A stretch of DNA of 64,000 bases from assembly GCA_016930635.1 (NCBI GenBank), contig JAFGGI010000062.1:12463-76462 (forward strand), in the 5' to 3' direction. This document shows positions 35,698-45,028 of the stretch, piece after piece (positions within the stretch are counted from its first letter, which is position 1; the number at the start of each line of letters is the position of its first letter). A model generated the notes under the pieces. That model made no database searches, had not been told where the DNA came from, and worked only from the letters and a program-made list of their open reading frames with translations. The translations under genes were made by a program, and so were the position numbers. Source of the DNA: Sedimentisphaerales bacterium. GTDB lineage: Bacteria; Planctomycetota; Phycisphaerae; Sedimentisphaerales; UBA12454.

Positions 35698-36900
35698 CAG
35701 GCCGACGGCGGTGATATTTACCAGAAGGCTTGAGCCGCCATAGCTTACGAACGGAAGGGTGATACCTGTTATCGGCATAAGGCCGATTGTCATACTTATA
35801 TTGGCAAGTATCTGTATGGCTAAAAGCACGGCTATTCCTGCGGCGGTATAGCTTGCGAACAGGTCGGAACTTGCCGCTGCTATATCGATAGCACAAGCTA
35901 TAAGCAAAGCATAGAGGCCTATTAGAAGCAGTCCACCGGCGAAGCCCCACTGATGGGCGACTAATGCGAAGATGAAATCGTTGTGTCTGTCCGGCAGGAA
36001 TTTGTATTTTATGAAGGGGCCTTCGCGAAAACCCTGGCCGTAGGCACCGCCTGAGGCTATCGCGAGCTTGGAACGTGTAAGCTGGAATCCGTCGCCCATT
36101 TCCCAGTTCCTTATGCGCTGGCGACTGACGCCTAATGCTTTGGCCAGCAGCGGATGTTTTTGGGCCCTGGCTTTGAACCAGCTTTCGGAGCCATCTACTT
36201 TATTCTGAAGCAGGACCGAGCTGACTCTCATCCGCTGGTAGTCGTGCATACCTATCCAGAGAATTGGAAAAGCGAGAATTGCCAGAAAGACTATAGCGGC
36301 TAAATGTTTGACCTTTGCGCCGGCAATGAAAAGCATTGATAAAAATACCGGCATCATCAACATTACCGTGCCTAAGTCCGGCTCGAATAAAATCAGAACC
36401 ATTGGTATAAATGTCAGGATAAATAACGGCAAGAGCATAGGAAAGCTTCTAAAGTTGCTTCTGTATCGCAAATGCCAGCTGAGTGCAATTATATAGATAA
36501 TCTTGAAAAATTCCGACGGCTGGAACTGTGTTATTGTTCCGATAGTTATCCATCTGCGGGCGCCGTGTTTTACGGGAATGAAGGGGATATTGACGAACTT
36601 ATCGAGCACGAGCAGGAAGAGCAGTAGGAGAATAATCATATAGAGCCAGAAACTGGCGCCGCCGAGCCGGCGATAATGAAAGGAATTCATAATGATGAAA
36701 CCGATGAAACCAAGGCCGGCGAAGATACATTGTTTTTTCCAGAGATTGCAAGCGCTGATTGTCTGTCCGTCGGTTTGAGGCGGATTGCCGGAGGCATAGA
36801 TCATCATTACGCCGATGGTGACAAGGCCGATGACGCAGACCAGCATCACAAGCCTTGTGGAAAGACTTTTGCCTTTTAGAAATTCAAAGATATCGAACAT
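35671..36900 (-). CDS. SEDS-family peptidoglycan glycosyltransferase (FtsW/RodA/SpoVE)
   Basis: The track ORF extends to 37080 and overlaps dnaA. The MFDIFEFLKG start at 36900 avoids the overlap. PDRHNDFIFALV and GITLPFVSYGGSSLL are family motifs. Confidence 0.85.
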   Translation of the reverse strand: MFDIFEFLKGKSLSTRLVMLVCVIGLVTIGVMMIYASGNPPQTDGQTISACNLWKKQCIFAGLGFIGFIIMNSFHYRRLGGASFWLYMIILLLLFLLVLDKFVNIPFIPVKHGARRWITIGTITQFQPSEFFKIIYIIALSWHLRYRSNFRSFPMLLPLFILTFIPMVLILFEPDLGTVMLMMPVFLSMLFIAGAKVKHLAAIVFLAILAFPILWIGMHDYQRMRVSSVLLQNKVDGSESWFKARAQKHPLLAKALGVSRQRIRNWEMGDGFQLTRSKLAIASGGAYGQGFREGPFIKYKFLPDRHNDFIFALVAHQWGFAGGLLLIGLYALLIACAIDIAAASSDLFASYTAAGIAVLLAIQILANISMTIGLMPITGITLPFVSYGGSSLLVNITAVGLLNNIARRS

Positions 36901-36955
36901 AGCAAAAATGATAACAAAAAAGGGAAAAAGTAAAATGAAAAAAGGCAGGGCTTTT

Positions 36956-38368
36956 TTATGCGATGGTCTCTTCGAGCTGGGCCAGGATGTCCTTGCTCGG
37001 GACGACTTTGTTGCCGTTAGGGCTTCGCCAATTAGCATTGGAATTATCCTTGAGCATTTCCTCGATCTTTCGGCAGGCAAGGATTACCGTTGCGTGGTTT
37101 TTGTTGCCCATCAATCTGCCGATCTCAGGGAAGGACATCTGGGTATATTTGCGGGCGAGGTACATACTGAACGAACGAGCTAAGCTTACGGTTCTGTCTT
37201 TTTTCGAAGAATGTACATCGGCAGGAGTAATGCCGAAATAAGTTGTGACGGCAGATTCGATATCAGAGATGTGGACTATAGGATCGGTTCTGGAGATGTG
37301 CTCGGCAAGGACCTGACGAGCAGTGGCAAGAGAGATTGGCTCATTGCACAGCGAAGAATATGCGGCCAATTTTAACAGGGCGCCTTCCAGCTCGCGAACA
37401 TTGGAGCGGATGTTCTCTGCGATGTAGGCGATAACCTTTTCGTCGAAATGATGATTAATCGCAGCAGCCCGCTGAGAGCATATTTTGCAGCGGGTCCTGA
37501 AATCAGGCGGGTCAATCTTTACTACCATACCTGAGACGAAACGGTTAACAAGCGATTCGCACAGTTGGCCTATCATTTTCGGATGTGCATCTGATGCGAG
37601 GACGACTTTTTTACCTGCGAGATTTATCGTATTGAAGGTATGCAGGAATTCTTCCTGCGTTGAGGGCTTGCTGGCCAGGAAGTGTATGTCGTCAATAGCC
37701 AACAAATCCGTTTGTCGGTACCGCCTCCGAAAAGCGTCCAGCTTTTTGGTCTTCAAGGCCAGCACGAATTGATTGGTAAAGTCCTCCGCTGAGACATAAA
37801 GCCATCTGGCTTGCGGATGAGAATTACACACTGCCTGGCAGATCCCTTGCATTAGGTGTGTTTTTCCCAGTCCATAACCTCCATGGATAAACAGCGGATT
37901 GAACGGACTTACCTCATCGGATATCATACTTGTCGCGGCATTGTACGCCAGTTGATTTGACGGGCCTACGACGAAAGTATCAAGTGTCATTTTCACCGGC
38001 CTGGATGCCAGCCGGCCGGCGGTAATCTTGTTGCGTGTACTTTTGTTCTGAGCTTTCTGGACAAGCTGGGCCTGATAGTCAAGCTGACTTCGGCGCTGAT
38101 TGCCGTTGAGCTCGGGTTCTATATTAAATGTTACTTTTTTTGCAGAACCGGTTACCGCGGTTACGGCAGCGGTTATATCAATAAGAAAATGATTTTCTAT
38201 CCAGCTTCCCACAAATGGATTTGGAACTCCGACTTTCAGATAATTGTCTGAAAGCGTAAAATGCGTAGAGTTCTTGAACCAGATACGGAACTTCTGCTGC
38301 CCGATCCTCTCTGCAAGCTTTTGATTTATTGCGCTGATCTCATCTATGATAGTTATGTCAACAGTCAT
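36956..38368 (-). CDS. dnaA: chromosomal replication initiator DnaA
   Basis: 470 aa with FNPLFIHGGYGLGKTHLM, LLAIDDIHFL, NVRELEGAL and the C-terminal DNA-binding MSFPEIGRLMGNKNHATV. Confidence 0.95.
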   Translation of the reverse strand: MTVDITIIDEISAINQKLAERIGQQKFRIWFKNSTHFTLSDNYLKVGVPNPFVGSWIENHFLIDITAAVTAVTGSAKKVTFNIEPELNGNQRRSQLDYQAQLVQKAQNKSTRNKITAGRLASRPVKMTLDTFVVGPSNQLAYNAATSMISDEVSPFNPLFIHGGYGLGKTHLMQGICQAVCNSHPQARWLYVSAEDFTNQFVLALKTKKLDAFRRRYRQTDLLAIDDIHFLASKPSTQEEFLHTFNTINLAGKKVVLASDAHPKMIGQLCESLVNRFVSGMVVKIDPPDFRTRCKICSQRAAAINHHFDEKVIAYIAENIRSNVRELEGALLKLAAYSSLCNEPISLATARQVLAEHISRTDPIVHISDIESAVTTYFGITPADVHSSKKDRTVSLARSFSMYLARKYTQMSFPEIGRLMGNKNHATVILACRKIEEMLKDNSNANWRSPNGNKVVPSKDILAQLEETIA

Positions 38369-38645
38369 GGGATTACTTCTTCCCGAAGTGTTTTTAACTT
38401 TTTTGAAAAACGGAAAATTGACTAACTAGAATATAACCGCAGTTTCTAACAAAATCAACAGAGTTTTGCAAAAAAACTGTTGAAAAAGTGAAATAATTTT
38501 AATTTTAAAAAAGCTGCAAAAGAACTTTTTTGTTTTGAACATGTTTTGCACAACCAGAAAAAACTTGTGGAAAAAATGTGGAAAGATATAAAAAAATTAA
38601 AACTAAAAACTAAAAACTGAAAATTAGGGAATTGCCTTTGGCGGA
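38369..38645. promoter_or_regulatory. AT-rich dnaA upstream region with DnaA-box-like sites (dnaA promoter, possible oriC part)
   Basis: TGTGGAAAA (38566-38574) and TGTGGAAAG (38577-38585) lie 11 bp apart. Each is 1-2 mismatches from TGTGGATAA. TGTTGAAAA occurs near 38480. Confidence 0.35.
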
Positions 38646-40022
38646 TTATTTTTGAATTTTTCTTAGTATAGCGACGTAACCGCCGTCATAATCACAACTT
38701 CCTGTGGAAGGCAGTGTAAGATTTTCTTTTTCCAGCTCAAATTGAGTATTGTCTTTTAAAAATTCTTTTATTATTTCGCTGTTTTCCTGTTTTAAAATGC
38801 TGCATGTACTGTAAGCAATTTTACCGCCTTTTTTTACGAGTTTGGCGGCCAGATTTAAAAGCTCGAGTTGTATCGTTATAAGAGAATCGAGTTTGTTTGA
38901 ATAAAGTCTGTGTCTTGCCTCGGGTCTTTTGGCAAGTACGCCTGTATTCGAGCAGGGCACGTCAAGTAATACGGCATCAGCAGAGGCCAAATTATCCGCA
39001 TCCTGCCAGAAGTCATTATAATCCATTATTTTGACAGATGTTATACCCAGCCTTTGAATGTTTTCTTCGAGCTTTGTCAATCTTTGCGCATCTTTGTCAG
39101 TTGCGATTATGCATCCTTTATCCTGCATAAGTTCTGCAATTTGTGTTGTTTTTGTTCCTGGTGCTGCGCAAATATCAAAGACCTTCCAGCCAGGCTGTGG
39201 GTCTAATAACGGCACTACTAAAGAAGATGTTATGTCCTGAATTATAAAAAGACCTTCTTTGAAGGTATTTAGTCTTGAGATGTTGCCGGGTTTGTTTAGT
39301 TTAACCATTTTATATTTTTCTATGAGTTCACAGTCGATGTCTTCGTTATGAATGGCGGCGAAAAGATTTCTCATATTTATTTTTTTTGTATTTGGTCTTG
39401 CGTAGAGCGATGGTCTTCTATTCGAGGCAAAACAGATATTCAGTGTTTTTTCGCAGCCAAACTCGGCCAGCCATTGTTTGATGAGCCATAGCGGCAGTGA
39501 AAAGGCATCGGCTAAATAATTTTCTTTCTGAGTGTCGGCATCCGGAAGGATTTCGATCTCAAATTCGCATCCTGTTTTCGGATCTATCGGCAGGATATTT
39601 TTTGACGGGGCGGCAGCCAGCTCTGTATTTTTATTTTTTATAAAGGAGCAGATTTTTCGCAGAACAGCGTTTGCGAAACCTGCGGATTTTTTTGATCCGA
39701 TGCGATTTGCCAGACTTACTATCTCATTAACGACGGCATAGTCAGCCTGATTTCCAAAAATAAGTTCATAGACACCTATACGAAGACAGTTAATAATTTT
39801 TCTGGATATTCTTTTTGTGCTTCTGCCTGAGATTTGTTCGATAAGATTATCGATAAATATCGAATTTCTTATTACACCTGAGGTGATATCGACAACAGCG
39901 GCGCGGTTGCATTTTTTGCCGCAGTATTTTTGTATCAGTTCGGCAGAGTCGTGCCTGTTGATATCAAAGTTGGTCAGGACCAGCCAGGCTGCCTGCCGAT
40001 GATTTTTTGCTTTAGCTGCCAT
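38646..40022 (-). CDS. rsmB: 16S rRNA (cytosine967-C5)-methyltransferase RsmB/Sun
   Basis: 458 aa with a NusB-like N-terminus, FDICAAPGTKT and DVPCSNTGV. Confidence 0.9.
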   Translation of the reverse strand: MAAKAKNHRQAAWLVLTNFDINRHDSAELIQKYCGKKCNRAAVVDITSGVIRNSIFIDNLIEQISGRSTKRISRKIINCLRIGVYELIFGNQADYAVVNEIVSLANRIGSKKSAGFANAVLRKICSFIKNKNTELAAAPSKNILPIDPKTGCEFEIEILPDADTQKENYLADAFSLPLWLIKQWLAEFGCEKTLNICFASNRRPSLYARPNTKKINMRNLFAAIHNEDIDCELIEKYKMVKLNKPGNISRLNTFKEGLFIIQDITSSLVVPLLDPQPGWKVFDICAAPGTKTTQIAELMQDKGCIIATDKDAQRLTKLEENIQRLGITSVKIMDYNDFWQDADNLASADAVLLDVPCSNTGVLAKRPEARHRLYSNKLDSLITIQLELLNLAAKLVKKGGKIAYSTCSILKQENSEIIKEFLKDNTQFELEKENLTLPSTGSCDYDGGYVAILRKIQK

Positions 40023-40978
40023 CAGTGCTGTTCCTCAAAAGTTATAAAACAATCGCCGGGTCCTGAACCTCTTCCGTTAATAAATGATTTAAAGTCCATT
40101 ATTTTGCTGCCGTGCGGTTTTATCTTCAGGATTTTCAGGGTTCCTTCGCCGCACAGGACGTTCAGATTTTCATCGAGGACACCGACATTTTTGTTTTGGC
40201 CGACTGTGGCGACAACTTTGGTTTCCATAATCGTTACGGGGGATTTTTTGTTAGTCTGATCGCATATGAAAGACGCAACTGTCCCGGGCCAGGGGAAAAG
40301 GCCCCTTACTTTATTATGGATTTGTACGGCCGAGTCGGAAAAGTTGATAATGCCGTCAGATTTTTTAAGTTTTGGTGCCAGGGTTGCTTTAGCATCATCC
40401 TGTTTTGTATATGTTGCGGTATCGGCATCTATTTTATCAATGGTTTCGATGAGCAGGCCTCCGGACAGCCGGGCCAGTTCATCGTGAATGTTCTGGGCGT
40501 TATCTTCATCTTTAATTTGCAGTTTATCCTGAGCCAGGATTTGGCCGCAGTCCATTTTGTCGGCGAGAGTGATAATACTTATGCCTGTTTCTGTTTCACC
40601 GTTGATGACAGCCCAGTTGACGGGGGCAGCGCCGCGGTATTTTGGGAGCAGTGAGCCGTGAACATTTATCGCGCCTTTTTGGGGTATATTAATAACTTCT
40701 TCGGATATTTTCTGTCCGAATGCTATTACGACGAGCAGGTCGGGCTTTAATTCTTTGATCAGTTCTATTGACTCGGGGCTGTTGATGTTTTGGGTGTTTG
40801 TAAAGGGTATATTATTTTCCTGTGCCCATTGAGCTATGTCATTGGCCGTTATTTTTCTTCCTCTGCCTGATTGTTTATCAGGCTGAGTAACAATATGTAA
40901 CAGCTTATGGTCGGACGCCTTTAAGGCGTTTAAGGAGTCAATTCCGAATCGACCGCAGCCGCAATAAACAATTCTCAT
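40022..40978 (-). CDS. fmt: methionyl-tRNA formyltransferase
   Basis: 318 aa with MRIVYCGCGRFG, INVHGSLLPKYRGAAPV and a C-terminal domain. Confidence 0.95.
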   Translation of the reverse strand: MRIVYCGCGRFGIDSLNALKASDHKLLHIVTQPDKQSGRGRKITANDIAQWAQENNIPFTNTQNINSPESIELIKELKPDLLVVIAFGQKISEEVINIPQKGAINVHGSLLPKYRGAAPVNWAVINGETETGISIITLADKMDCGQILAQDKLQIKDEDNAQNIHDELARLSGGLLIETIDKIDADTATYTKQDDAKATLAPKLKKSDGIINFSDSAVQIHNKVRGLFPWPGTVASFICDQTNKKSPVTIMETKVVATVGQNKNVGVLDENLNVLCGEGTLKILKIKPHGSKIMDFKSFINGRGSGPGDCFITFEEQH

Positions 40979-41009
40979 TTTTTTAACCGAATATAAGTAT
41001 TTTCCAATA

Positions 41010-41858
41010 TTATCGTATTCGATCCAATGGTTCCGCTTTGTTTAATTTCTTTTGTTCGGCAACAAGTTTTCTTTCCACTTTTTTTATGTCTTCTGCCGCC
41101 GGAAGTTTTTCAGGTTTTATCTTTCGTTTGATAAGAAGTTTTCTTACCTCCTGATTATTCTTGACGTGTTCTCTTGTAATTTTCGCCTCTGTCTGCAGAT
41201 TATCCTGTTTGATATTAAAATTGGTTATTTCGTTGGCGAAATCCTTTGCTTTGATTGTAATTGTTGGCAGGAAATCTGCAAGTACCCTCGACTTCGGGAT
41301 ATTTAACTGTTCTTTCATTTGACCGGTTGTTTTACCAAACAGTGCGGTGTCACCTTTGCTTCGAATACGTGCGAAACTTCGTTCGTCCTGAAGTCTTTCA
41401 TAAATGATTCCGGATAATTGTTTTTCTGATGAGGTAAGTTTTTTTCTGGCATTAAACCGTTCGACTTCTGCGATTCTCTGTTCTATTATTTCCTGTTTGC
41501 GGGTCTGAACGGCAAAATATGTCTGGGCAAAGGCTATTTGGTCTTTTGATGGGTCGCCATTCTGAGCTATAAGATAACAAGCGTATCTTGTAAGTGCTAT
41601 ATCCTCTATTTCCCGCTTGGCCCCAGAGCCAAGGTCAACCATTTTGCGCATGCGCGCAAAATGGTCTTCAGGCTTTTGCCCTGCGTTTTTGCAGGCTATT
41701 TTCGCCTTTTCTATCACTGATTCGAAACTTCGCCATTGTAAATATCCCAGCAGGTTTTGTAATTCTCTTGCGAGCCAGAATTCCATTCCTGTATTTTCTT
41801 CTTTATAAACACTTTGCTCGAAACCTTTATGCAATTTTACGATTATCGATTTTTCCAT
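41010..41858 (-). CDS. dinD: DNA damage-inducible protein D (DinD-like)
   Basis: 282 aa. [28 protein letters not shown] and [13 protein letters not shown] closely parallel E. coli DinD ([27 protein letters not shown]). Confidence 0.8.
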   Translation of the reverse strand: MEKSIIVKLHKGFEQSVYKEENTGMEFWLARELQNLLGYLQWRSFESVIEKAKIACKNAGQKPEDHFARMRKMVDLGSGAKREIEDIALTRYACYLIAQNGDPSKDQIAFAQTYFAVQTRKQEIIEQRIAEVERFNARKKLTSSEKQLSGIIYERLQDERSFARIRSKGDTALFGKTTGQMKEQLNIPKSRVLADFLPTITIKAKDFANEITNFNIKQDNLQTEAKITREHVKNNQEVRKLLIKRKIKPEKLPAAEDIKKVERKLVAEQKKLNKAEPLDRIR

Positions 41859-41957
41859 TTATCGCCTCTAAATTTATTATAGCTGTGGTTAATCCTATAG
41901 ACATCCGAGTTCTCGTTTTCGAATAATTTTCTATTGTGGTTAACTATCAATTACCTT

Positions 41958-42473
41958 TTATGGCTGATAATTTTCGCGAAGCCTTTTGAGTTTCTTTTTA
42001 GCGGCGATCTTTGCCACTGTTGAGAGTTTGTCGGCGACTAATGTGCCGTTAAGGTGGTCACATTCGTGCTGGAATATCCTTGCCATCAATCCTTCAGCTT
42101 CTTCATGTATTTCCTGACCGTTGAGATCCAGTGCTTTTATTGCGCATCTGGAATATCTTTGAATTCTTCCACTGATACCGGGCAGAGAAAGACACCCTTC
42201 TTCAGCGGACACGATTTTTCCTGATGGAGTTATTACGGGATTTATATACACCTTTGCGTTTTCTTTTGTGCCGTCTGGTGATGCGACAAAAATCTGCAGT
42301 CCTACACCTGCCTGTGGTCCTGCCAGGCCGACGCCCTGATTTTTGACCATTATATCTTTCATTTTTTCGGCAAGTGCCCGGATATTGTCATTGATTTCTT
42401 TGACAGGTTCTGCCTTTTGTCCAAGCACCAGTGCCGGGTAGTGTGTGATACAGCATTTATTTATGTCAACCAT
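41958..42473 (-). CDS. def: peptide deformylase
   Basis: 171 aa with GVGLAGPQ, EGCLSLPG and HECDHLNG. Confidence 0.95.
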   Translation of the reverse strand: MVDINKCCITHYPALVLGQKAEPVKEINDNIRALAEKMKDIMVKNQGVGLAGPQAGVGLQIFVASPDGTKENAKVYINPVITPSGKIVSAEEGCLSLPGISGRIQRYSRCAIKALDLNGQEIHEEAEGLMARIFQHECDHLNGTLVADKLSTVAKIAAKKKLKRLRENYQP

Positions 42474-43237
42474 TACCGATTTTCCTCAACTTTGTCATCA
42501 AATTCGTCACCTTTAAATGTATGACCGAGATAGCTTTTTCGAACGAGTTCATTTTTAACTATTTCGGCCGGGCCTCCCGAGGCGATAACTTTTCCATGGT
42601 CGATAATATAAGCCTTGTCTGAGACTTCGAGGGTTCTTTCGACGTTATGGTCTGTTATGAGTATGCTGACACCTGAAGAGACAAGTCTTCGAATTTCAGT
42701 TTGCAGTTCTTCGACTGCGATGGGGTCAACTCCACTGAAGGGTTCATCGAGTAGTATGAGCGAGGGATTGGTGACCATAGCACGTGCTATTTCAAGTTTT
42801 CTTCGTTCACCGCCGGAGAGGAATCTTGCCTGGCTTGTGGCGACCTCATCGAGAGCGAATCTTTCGATAAGTTCGTTGGCTTTTTTTCTCCTTTCCTGCG
42901 GTGTAATCGACATTGTTTCAAGGATAGCGAGGATATTATCCCGAACGCTTAATCTTTGGAAGACGCTTGGTTCCTGTGATAGGTATCCCATTCCAAATCT
43001 GGCTCTTTTGAACATAGGCATTTTTGTGATGTCTGTGCCTTCGAAGACGACGGTGCCGCCGTTCGGTGCGATCATACCAATTACCATTCTGAAAGTGGTA
43101 GTTTTGCCCGCACCGTTCCTGCCGAGCAGCCCGACGATAGTTCTCTGTTCTACTGTTATCGAGACTTCGTTAACAACGGTTCTGCCGGAATACTTTTTTA
43201 CCAGCCCATGCGTTTCAAGAAGAGTCATATCTACCAA
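42473..43237 (-). CDS. lptB: LPS export ABC transporter ATP-binding protein LptB
   Basis: 254 aa with GRNGAGKTT, LSGGERRKLEIAR, LLDEPFSGVDP and the C-terminal YLGHTF. Confidence 0.85.
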   Translation of the reverse strand: MVDMTLLETHGLVKKYSGRTVVNEVSITVEQRTIVGLLGRNGAGKTTTFRMVIGMIAPNGGTVVFEGTDITKMPMFKRARFGMGYLSQEPSVFQRLSVRDNILAILETMSITPQERRKKANELIERFALDEVATSQARFLSGGERRKLEIARAMVTNPSLILLDEPFSGVDPIAVEELQTEIRRLVSSGVSILITDHNVERTLEVSDKAYIIDHGKVIASGGPAEIVKNELVRKSYLGHTFKGDEFDDKVEENR

Positions 43238-43322
43238 AGTATTGCCTCCGAATATTACTGGCCGACTATTATAACAGGCCGGCGGGCAGTATGAAACCCT
43301 CTTTTGCTGAATATATGAGGGC

Positions 43323-44234
43323 TTATTTTTTCGTTTTAAGCGTCAAAAGGGCGATTTCAGGCAGGCAGAAAAATCTTGCGGTTACGTTTCCGGAGCTTCC
43401 GACGCCGCTGGAGGTATAACCTGTCAGATTTTTGTAATTCCATAGGCCTTTGACGATTTTCCGCGGGATATTTACACCTTTGAATATAGCGATACCACCC
43501 GGCAGGCAGATTTGCCCGGCGTGTGTATGGCCTGAGAGCTGCAGGTTAAAGCCGTATTTTAAAGCCTGTTTATATATCTGCGGGCTGTGGCATAGGAGTA
43601 TTTTAAATGCGTCAGACGGTATGTGTTTTGTTGCCCGGCCGATATCGGCACTATCGAAGATATAACAGTCATCCAGGCCTGCCAGATAGATTGTTTGGCC
43701 GTTGCGTTCGATAGTGATGTGCTCATTTATGAGCATTGTAACGCCGATACTCTGGAGAAAAACGCCGATTTCATAATAATCGTGATTGCCCAGGATGCCG
43801 TAAATTCCGTTGCATTTGAGGTGTTCGACGATTTTTTTCATACGCTGTTTTGCTGTCGGCATATGCATCATGTTGTAATGATTGTAGTCTCCGCCGAGCA
43901 TACAGTAGTCGTATTCGAGATTTTCGATTAATCGGATTATATTGTCCGGTATGCTTTCAAGGCCTTCGATATGAAAGTCTGAGATGAAAAGTATTCGGCA
44001 GTTATCAAAGTTTTCGGGTAGATTTTCGAGTTCGACAGTTGTCCGGGTCAGTTGCAGATTCTGTGCATTTGCAAGGCCTTTATCGGCCAGGCCGGTAATT
44101 TTAAGGATAAAATGAATTATAGCCGACCACTTGTGGATTCGCGTCAAGCTGGTAAAGAAGCCGTCCTTTGCGTATTTATGCTTTTTGGTTCTATATTCTT
44201 CCAGATAAAGTCTGTTAGGATGTATTTTGTTCAT
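43323..44234 (-). CDS. metallophosphoesterase (membrane-associated, YkuE/YaeI-like)
   Basis: 303 aa with ILFISDFHIEG, GGDY, GNHDY and SGHTHAGQ. Confidence 0.75.
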   Translation of the reverse strand: MNKIHPNRLYLEEYRTKKHKYAKDGFFTSLTRIHKWSAIIHFILKITGLADKGLANAQNLQLTRTTVELENLPENFDNCRILFISDFHIEGLESIPDNIIRLIENLEYDYCMLGGDYNHYNMMHMPTAKQRMKKIVEHLKCNGIYGILGNHDYYEIGVFLQSIGVTMLINEHITIERNGQTIYLAGLDDCYIFDSADIGRATKHIPSDAFKILLCHSPQIYKQALKYGFNLQLSGHTHAGQICLPGGIAIFKGVNIPRKIVKGLWNYKNLTGYTSSGVGSSGNVTARFFCLPEIALLTLKTKK

Positions 44235-44349
44235 CGAAATCCTTTAAAAGTGCCCGCTATGCGGATAATTGCGATTTTTATGCTTTAATAATACACCTGT
44301 TGCGCCGAAAATCCAGATTAAAAAAAATCTAAAGAAAGCCAATTAATTG

Positions 44350-44377
44350 TTGACAGGTTTTTGGCAGGTTCTAAAAT
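44350..44377 (+). promoter_or_regulatory. sigma70-like promoter
   Basis: TTGACA (44350-44355), 16 nt, TAAAAT (44372-44377). Confidence 0.45.
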
Positions 44378-44400
44378 AATTATATAGCATTGATAATCTT

Positions 44401-44456
44401 AAAAAGGTTGCTTTAAAGGCAAAGCCGTTTTGCTCATCCACAAAGCAACCTTTTTT
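44401..44456 (+). terminator. A-tract/hairpin/T-tract terminator-like structure about 20 nt downstream of the promoter (short RNA or attenuator)
   Basis: ggttgcttt (44406-44414) pairs with aaagcaacc (44442-44450). It is flanked by A5 and T6 and has an inner gcaaa/tttgc helix. Confidence 0.45.
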
Positions 44457-44539
44457 CTTTATATCCGATGGAGATTTCATTCCTTAATATTATAAAATTT
44501 TCATAGCTTATTTTTTCGACTCATTTAAAATATTGTCAA

Positions 44540-45028
44540 ATGCAGAGAATGGAAGATATCTCAAGACTGTTTTTTTTCCTGGTATTCTGTGCTGCGGGAA
44601 TTCTTTCTATTGGACTGGCAGCGCTCGGGCCGGAATGGAAAAACCTGTATGAATTGAACTCTGCAATAGAGCAGACCCGTCTAAGTAACGAACAGATCGA
44701 AAAGATCATATCCGACCATCAGGTTCTGATATCGCATATCAACAGCGATCCTAATATTCTAAAACGGATAGCGCCTTTGTCGCTGGGGACAGAGGCGGTT
44801 GACGGTAATAATCCTGCCGGGCAAATGACCGAGCAGATGCTCGGGCGTGTGCGGGCTGTTCTGCAGCAGTTGGATGATAGGCCGAAAGAAGCGAAAGTAC
44901 CAAAATGGCTTTCCAGATGTACCACTGAGCCGGGCAGAGCGATACTTTTTACCTGTGGAGGAGGATTGGTTGTTGTGTCGTTTGCCTGTTTCTCAAAGAA
45001 AAGAATGAAAATCAAAAACGATGAATAG
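44540..45028 (+). CDS. N-terminally anchored hypothetical protein
   Basis: 162-aa ORF with one TM segment (LFFFLVFCAAGILSIGLAAL) followed by a coiled-coil-like region. Confidence 0.4.
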   Translation: MQRMEDISRLFFFLVFCAAGILSIGLAALGPEWKNLYELNSAIEQTRLSNEQIEKIISDHQVLISHINSDPNILKRIAPLSLGTEAVDGNNPAGQMTEQMLGRVRAVLQQLDDRPKEAKVPKWLSRCTTEPGRAILFTCGGGLVVVSFACFSKKRMKIKNDE

